DNA from: Lingula anatina
Lineage: Eukaryota; Animalia; Brachiopoda
Assembly: GCA_051362555.1 (NCBI GenBank)
Contig: CM120640.1
Coordinates: 50,942,788 to 51,006,787 of the forward strand
Reading direction: 5' to 3'
DNA: 64,000 bases
Notes under the pieces: generated by a model
The model's database searches: none
Seen by the model: only the letters and a program-made list of their open reading frames with translations
What the model was told of the DNA's origin: nothing
Made by a program: the position numbers and the translations under genes
In this document: piece by piece, positions 59,001-64,000 of the stretch
Numbering within the stretch: position 1 is the stretch's first letter
Layout: each line of letters begins with the position of its first letter

Positions 59001-62000
59001 ATGCCTAGTCATCGAAATGCCCATGTTAAGAGATGTGAGATTAGGCAAAGTCGCGGGAGATATATGGATCGCCCGGAGAGCGAAAGACAAAGTGACCAAA
59101 GGTAAAGGCAAGATATTGCAGCAGGCAAATATATGATGCACTTTTATGTTAAATTTCTTAAGTATATTTCATCATCAGAGAAACTGTCAGGGAAAAATTT
59201 AATGTTTACTGTGTAAAGGATTTTTCTTATTTGTAGAAGAGGTCAAGATGAAAGGTATCATCGCGAAGGAAATTTAAGCCCCTTGAGAAGTCCACTTCGC
59301 ACAGAAAAAGACTGGGATAATAGAAGGCAGAATATGAAAACACACAGGTAATTCCATGGTAGAAAACCCAGTTGAAGATTTCATTTATGTTTTGTCGTTT
59401 TATCAAATGAAGGTTACCTATTACTTGAACCAATTATGTCAGCCGGTAGCATTATAATTAAGTTACATATGAATCGAGCTGGGATCTCAGTAATGCATGT
59501 GAACCATTTCTACTGGTTTCTTATACCACCAAAATACAGTCCACATACCAAGTCATAATTGATAAACAATAAAGGCAAAAAATAACTTAAAAACTGCACC
59601 TACCACAAACTTTTTTTATTCAGGAAAATTAATACAGTACTACATTTACCACACAATGAGAGACAAAGACACCTTCTACACACCATTCACACACTGAAAA
59701 AAATTCTTACAATTTCTTGTTGGGAATTCCCCTATTTATCCATCCCATCTTGTTTGCAAAAATCCACTAAATGACATAGTACTGCATAAACCTCACTATC
59801 ACCTAATATGTAAATGTAACAGCACACAATTGCATACCTACTCAATTGAGACTGTTGAGGCAGTAGTATGAATACAGCAGAAAACGTACATATGAATAAT
59901 ATATCACTTCTGGGGAAATATAAAATGATGTCCTTTAGTATTTTTTGTATACTATTTGAAAGCATATGGCAGCATTGGGCTGGGTTTGGAGGCAAAATTT
60001 TTACTTCTAATGTAAATTCAAAGGTGTAGGATGGGAAATGAACCCAAAAATAGGGGAAAGTAAGATTTATACCTTTATTTATGTGTAATGCCCATTATTC
60101 ATAATATGTGAAAAAATTATTTGTTTTCTGTATAATAGGGCATGCCTAGTGTTTTATTCTACACCAAACTGTCTCTGGTCCATATGCAGTCTGTCACTTG
60201 GTATCAAAGACAATAGTATTTGTCCAACCACTGTTTCTTTTGATCACACCAATTTATTTTTCTCCTACTGTGATGGCTGCAGTTTTCAATGTTTGTTAGC
60301 TATTTGTATTCTCAGTAACTCTCTTTCAATGGTCTTGTTTGTGGCAATAAAACTACTTCAGTCGGTGTCTGGTCACCCTGCTAAGTGTTGTGTAACTGCT
60401 AATTGCAATGCCCTACTGATCAACAGATGAACACCTTGATTGTTTGTACATTATTGAATGGCCTAAAGAAAAGGTGTTTGAATGAAGTCATTTATTGATG
60501 TTCATGCCTGTTTGTTGTGTCTCTAACGATTGGTGTTTGTTATCTGTTCCATCAAGAAATTGAAACTCATGTAGTCATTTGTCATCAGGTTGTTGCTTGA
60601 AAGGATAGGCAAACAAGTCTCAATGAAGTCTGTGCTCAAGTTTCACACTGGCTTGTCTGGAGATCGTTATCTGTTCTCTGATGTGAGACACCCCCCCCCC
60701 CCTCCTTTGGTTTGAGCTTGTGTGATTTTTTGGACTTAGATATTATTAAAGTGACTACTATTTGTTTCTTCTCCCATAAGTGGATGTGTACTTTATGTGT
60801 TAGATTTTTTCACTGTATCTGAGCTTATAACTAAAATGATGATAGATATTATTTATGCTACATATTATTTTGACACAAAGGAATATACTGAAATAGAAAT
60901 ACAATGAGTGCAATTCACTCAGCTAACATCCTGAAAAGAAGACAATTTTATTTATAGGATGTCATGTAAGAATGAATTTAATAAACTAAGCACTGAAAAA
61001 ATTAGAATACCAAGAAAGTATTTTTTAAACCAATTGGCAATATTTTAATTTATAATTGGGTCTCTGAACCAACCCAATCTAGCCTGTAATAAAACCCTGC
61101 CTGTTTGGCAATATTATACTAGTAATCTAATTTGAAATAGGAATTCTGGTCTGGTTTACAGTTAACCTAGATAAAGTTTTTCAGAGTATGGATTTGTTTA
61201 TTATATGTTATGCCCAAGCTTGTAATATACATAAAAAGCACCACCACTAAAAAACTTCTCTAAAGCAAAGAAGTTCCTTGGTTTGAAGTTTTTATTGTTC
61301 AAAAAGATGCCAGTTTAAAGTTACATTTCATTTCCAAAATTGGCATTGCTTTGATTTTTACAGTGACAGATGTCAAGTTTATCTAGCAGGTTTGTCATGA
61401 GTTGGGCTCAGTTGAAAAGTCTTATTACTTTAAAGAAGTGGCAATAGGTGTGCTTATCTCACCTCTATTACATAAATGTCAGCTTTCACTTGATATACAG
61501 TTTGTCTACTGTAAGTTGAACAGTGTTGACTGGAGATGCTTGTATTATGGAATCTTTTGTTTACAAGTTTCTAGCCTAATACAAACTGATAGCTGTCAGC
61601 ATTTACCTGGCTGGTCAAGTGCTATATCCAAGGGAAAGCATTATAAGCCAATCAAAAAAAGCTTATCTGTATTTGATAAACATCTTAAGTGAATCAGTCA
61701 AGTTGGTGTGAGTTTCTCACGAGGATCTCAGATTAGGCTTTCCATTTTTCTTAAGATTTCCTGAGTGAAGCTACATTTATTTATTTGTTTGGATTAGAAT
61801 TAATGTTTAGCTCAGCCAGAGGCAGATCAGAAGAGAGATCAGAATTGAGCCATCCTTCCCAACCTTCTGACAGGTTTCAGAAATAAGATGTACCCTTTTA
61901 TTTTTTTGGCAAAGTCCCATTCTTTTGGAAAGTGCGCTCACTTTGTTGTTTTCTCATTGTTGATGAGTTTCCTCTTCTCTGCTCAATAATAATTCTATAT

Positions 62001-64000
62001 AATATAATATAATATAATATAATATAATATAATATAATATAATATAATATAATATAATATAATAATAACATAATAATTTATTCGAGCATTAAATGTGACA
62101 GTTACATTTGTAACAGTTAGCCCTCTATACTACAAATGGTGCATTAAAATATGTGCAGATTACATTTTACAGGTTCTCTAATCTACTATTAGTTTTATAA
62201 CAGATATGTAACTACAAAATACATACAGACTGGGAAATAGCAAAGGATAAGACAACTATTGCTTATGATGGGGGTATAGTTTCTTCAAACTTTCAGTTAT
62301 GATTGGATAGAACAATGTCATAGGTAAATATTATGTTTGGTGATGACATTAATGGTCAGTATTATGTTTTATCAAACATCAAATTCATGGTCATGCGGTC
62401 ATAATCTATGCTAATGTATACATATATAATTAGGATAGATTATAATTTTATATCCATGAATTAGATACATTTCCAGTAGTACATTTGTTGTAAATATCTT
62501 TACTTTCTACTTTATGCAGCCCCAAGCAGCAAAAATCAAACCTTAACAGCTCAGAAAGAAGAAGTTGGAGACAAGTCCCTAACAATGTAGTGCTAGATTT
62601 TGTGGACAAGAAAGAATTCCCAACTCCTCATGAAGCTAGGTATACTTGTATTTTTCTCTGTCAGAAATTGCTTCATTTAGTTATTTGTAACCCCCAAAAT
62701 CAGATTATTGTAAAGTATGCATTCCTTTTGATATTGTTCATACAGTATCTTAGAGATGACCCAAAAAGGTTTTCAATTAAATCAAACAAATCAACCCTAA
62801 CAGATTTGGGATGGGCATCAACTGTATATCAATTCTTTAAAAATTATGCAAAATTATTTCTTAGCAAGGTATTTACTATTAAATTCATTCAGAGATGAAG
62901 TGTTGATTAAAATATCTGTAATGTGGAGAGTGTTGCCTGAATAGAAATTTATTGTAACATTTCTGTTTCTGCCACAGGTTCACCCCAGAGCACTCTGCAA
63001 TGAGTCGTCTTGGTCCTGCTACAGACTGGGGGTCTCAAATGGATGAATATGATATTCAACAAGAAAAAAGCAGAGAGAGAATGCAGAAGTAAGTATACAA
63101 TTTTAGATTATAATATACTGCAACCAATAGTCCCTTGCATGTTGATACCTAAGACTGGCTTATTTCCACTTACATCCGAGTTACTGCTCTTCCCAATACT
63201 TTATTAATTTATTTGTTTTTCAGGTACCGGAGGAAACTTGTGCTGTCTGCAGATCAAGGTGGAAGAAGGAACAGTGAAAGCAAGTGAGTGGATTTTTTCC
63301 CCAACATTATATTAAACAATATTCTCATGAAGAAGAAAAGGGCATAAAAACAGTTACCCGCACAAAGGATTTAACACATATCAGAAGCTTGTTATATGAT
63401 CTTAATATTTTGGTTTTTAAATGGTAACTATTGCCTTACATCTGACAAGGTATTTCCTACTTTCAGAGAGAAAATTGAGTATGAAAGAAATGAAGATGTT
63501 TTATTGAGACGTCAGAAGCAGATTGACTATGGAAAGAATACCATTGCATATGATAGATATATTGAAGAAGTGCCTAGGTTAGAAACCGTTCTAATTTTTT
63601 GAGCAAACAGAATTATAGTGAATGGGAAGAGAGAGATATTTCATATCTATTTATTATTTTACAAAAGCATCTATAACCTAAAACCTGTATCTATATCTAA
63701 AACCTGTACTAGTAATTGATTTGTTACTTTACTGTTGATAACTTCTTTAGTCTAATTAGTGCACAGTTTTCAACTTGTCAAAGTTTTTTTCTAATAAACT
63801 GAAACAGCACAGATATGAAAGTAGGAAAATGCAGATTTCCCGTTAGCTGTATGAAAATGTAAATGCTAATTTCAGGAACAAACGTACCAGGGCTCATCCA
63901 CGTACACCAAACAAAAACTTCAAGGTCAGTCGTCGTTCCTGGGACATGCAGGTGCGCTTGTGGAGGAAACAACTGCACATCTGGGATCCTCCTGTTGGAG
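59001..64000 (+). CDS. SLBP: Histone RNA hairpin (stem-loop)-binding protein, 3'-truncated by the window
   Basis: Exons 59001-59101, 59237-59347, 61811-61873, 62520-62639, 62978-63088, 63224-63283, 63467-63577, 63876->64000. Motifs: [18 protein letters not shown], and RNA-binding domain [46 protein letters not shown]. The first three exons are less certain. Confidence 0.93.
61997..62065. repeat. (AATAT)n pentanucleotide microsatellite
   Basis: Visible directly in the sequence. Confidence 0.95.

Noticed and set aside
59600-61700. Nested gene (e.g. FAM53) or snoRNA in the long SLBP intron
   Set aside because: No recognisable coding motifs or box C/D or H/ACA structure that I can support by eye.

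Overview
AT-rich, intron-dense eukaryotic (animal) DNA, most likely a lophotrochozoan such as a mollusc (inferred from the THAP-CtBP architecture and the repeat types). The ORF track mostly shows exon fragments, so I assembled the genes by hand using GT-AG boundaries and reading-frame phase. There are seven spliced protein-coding genes: SH3BP2-like (-), PUS1 (+), THAP-CtBP (-), MAEA (+), TEX36-like (-), CDC25 (-) and SLBP (+, truncated at the window end), plus a probable first exon of a gene leaving the left edge. Six of these form three head-to-head pairs. The gene set recalls the human 4p16.3 / 10q26 / 5q31 paralogous regions. The CtBP locus is the richest: a mutually exclusive duplicated catalytic-domain exon, a degenerate duplicate of the THAP start exon that could give a THAP-disabled isoform, and candidate alternative C-termini. 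The window also holds two U12-type introns, two tankyrase-binding motifs in SH3BP2, two Helentron/HINE-like elements carrying ~160-bp satellite arrays, and several MITEs. All isoform claims are predictions from sequence alone.
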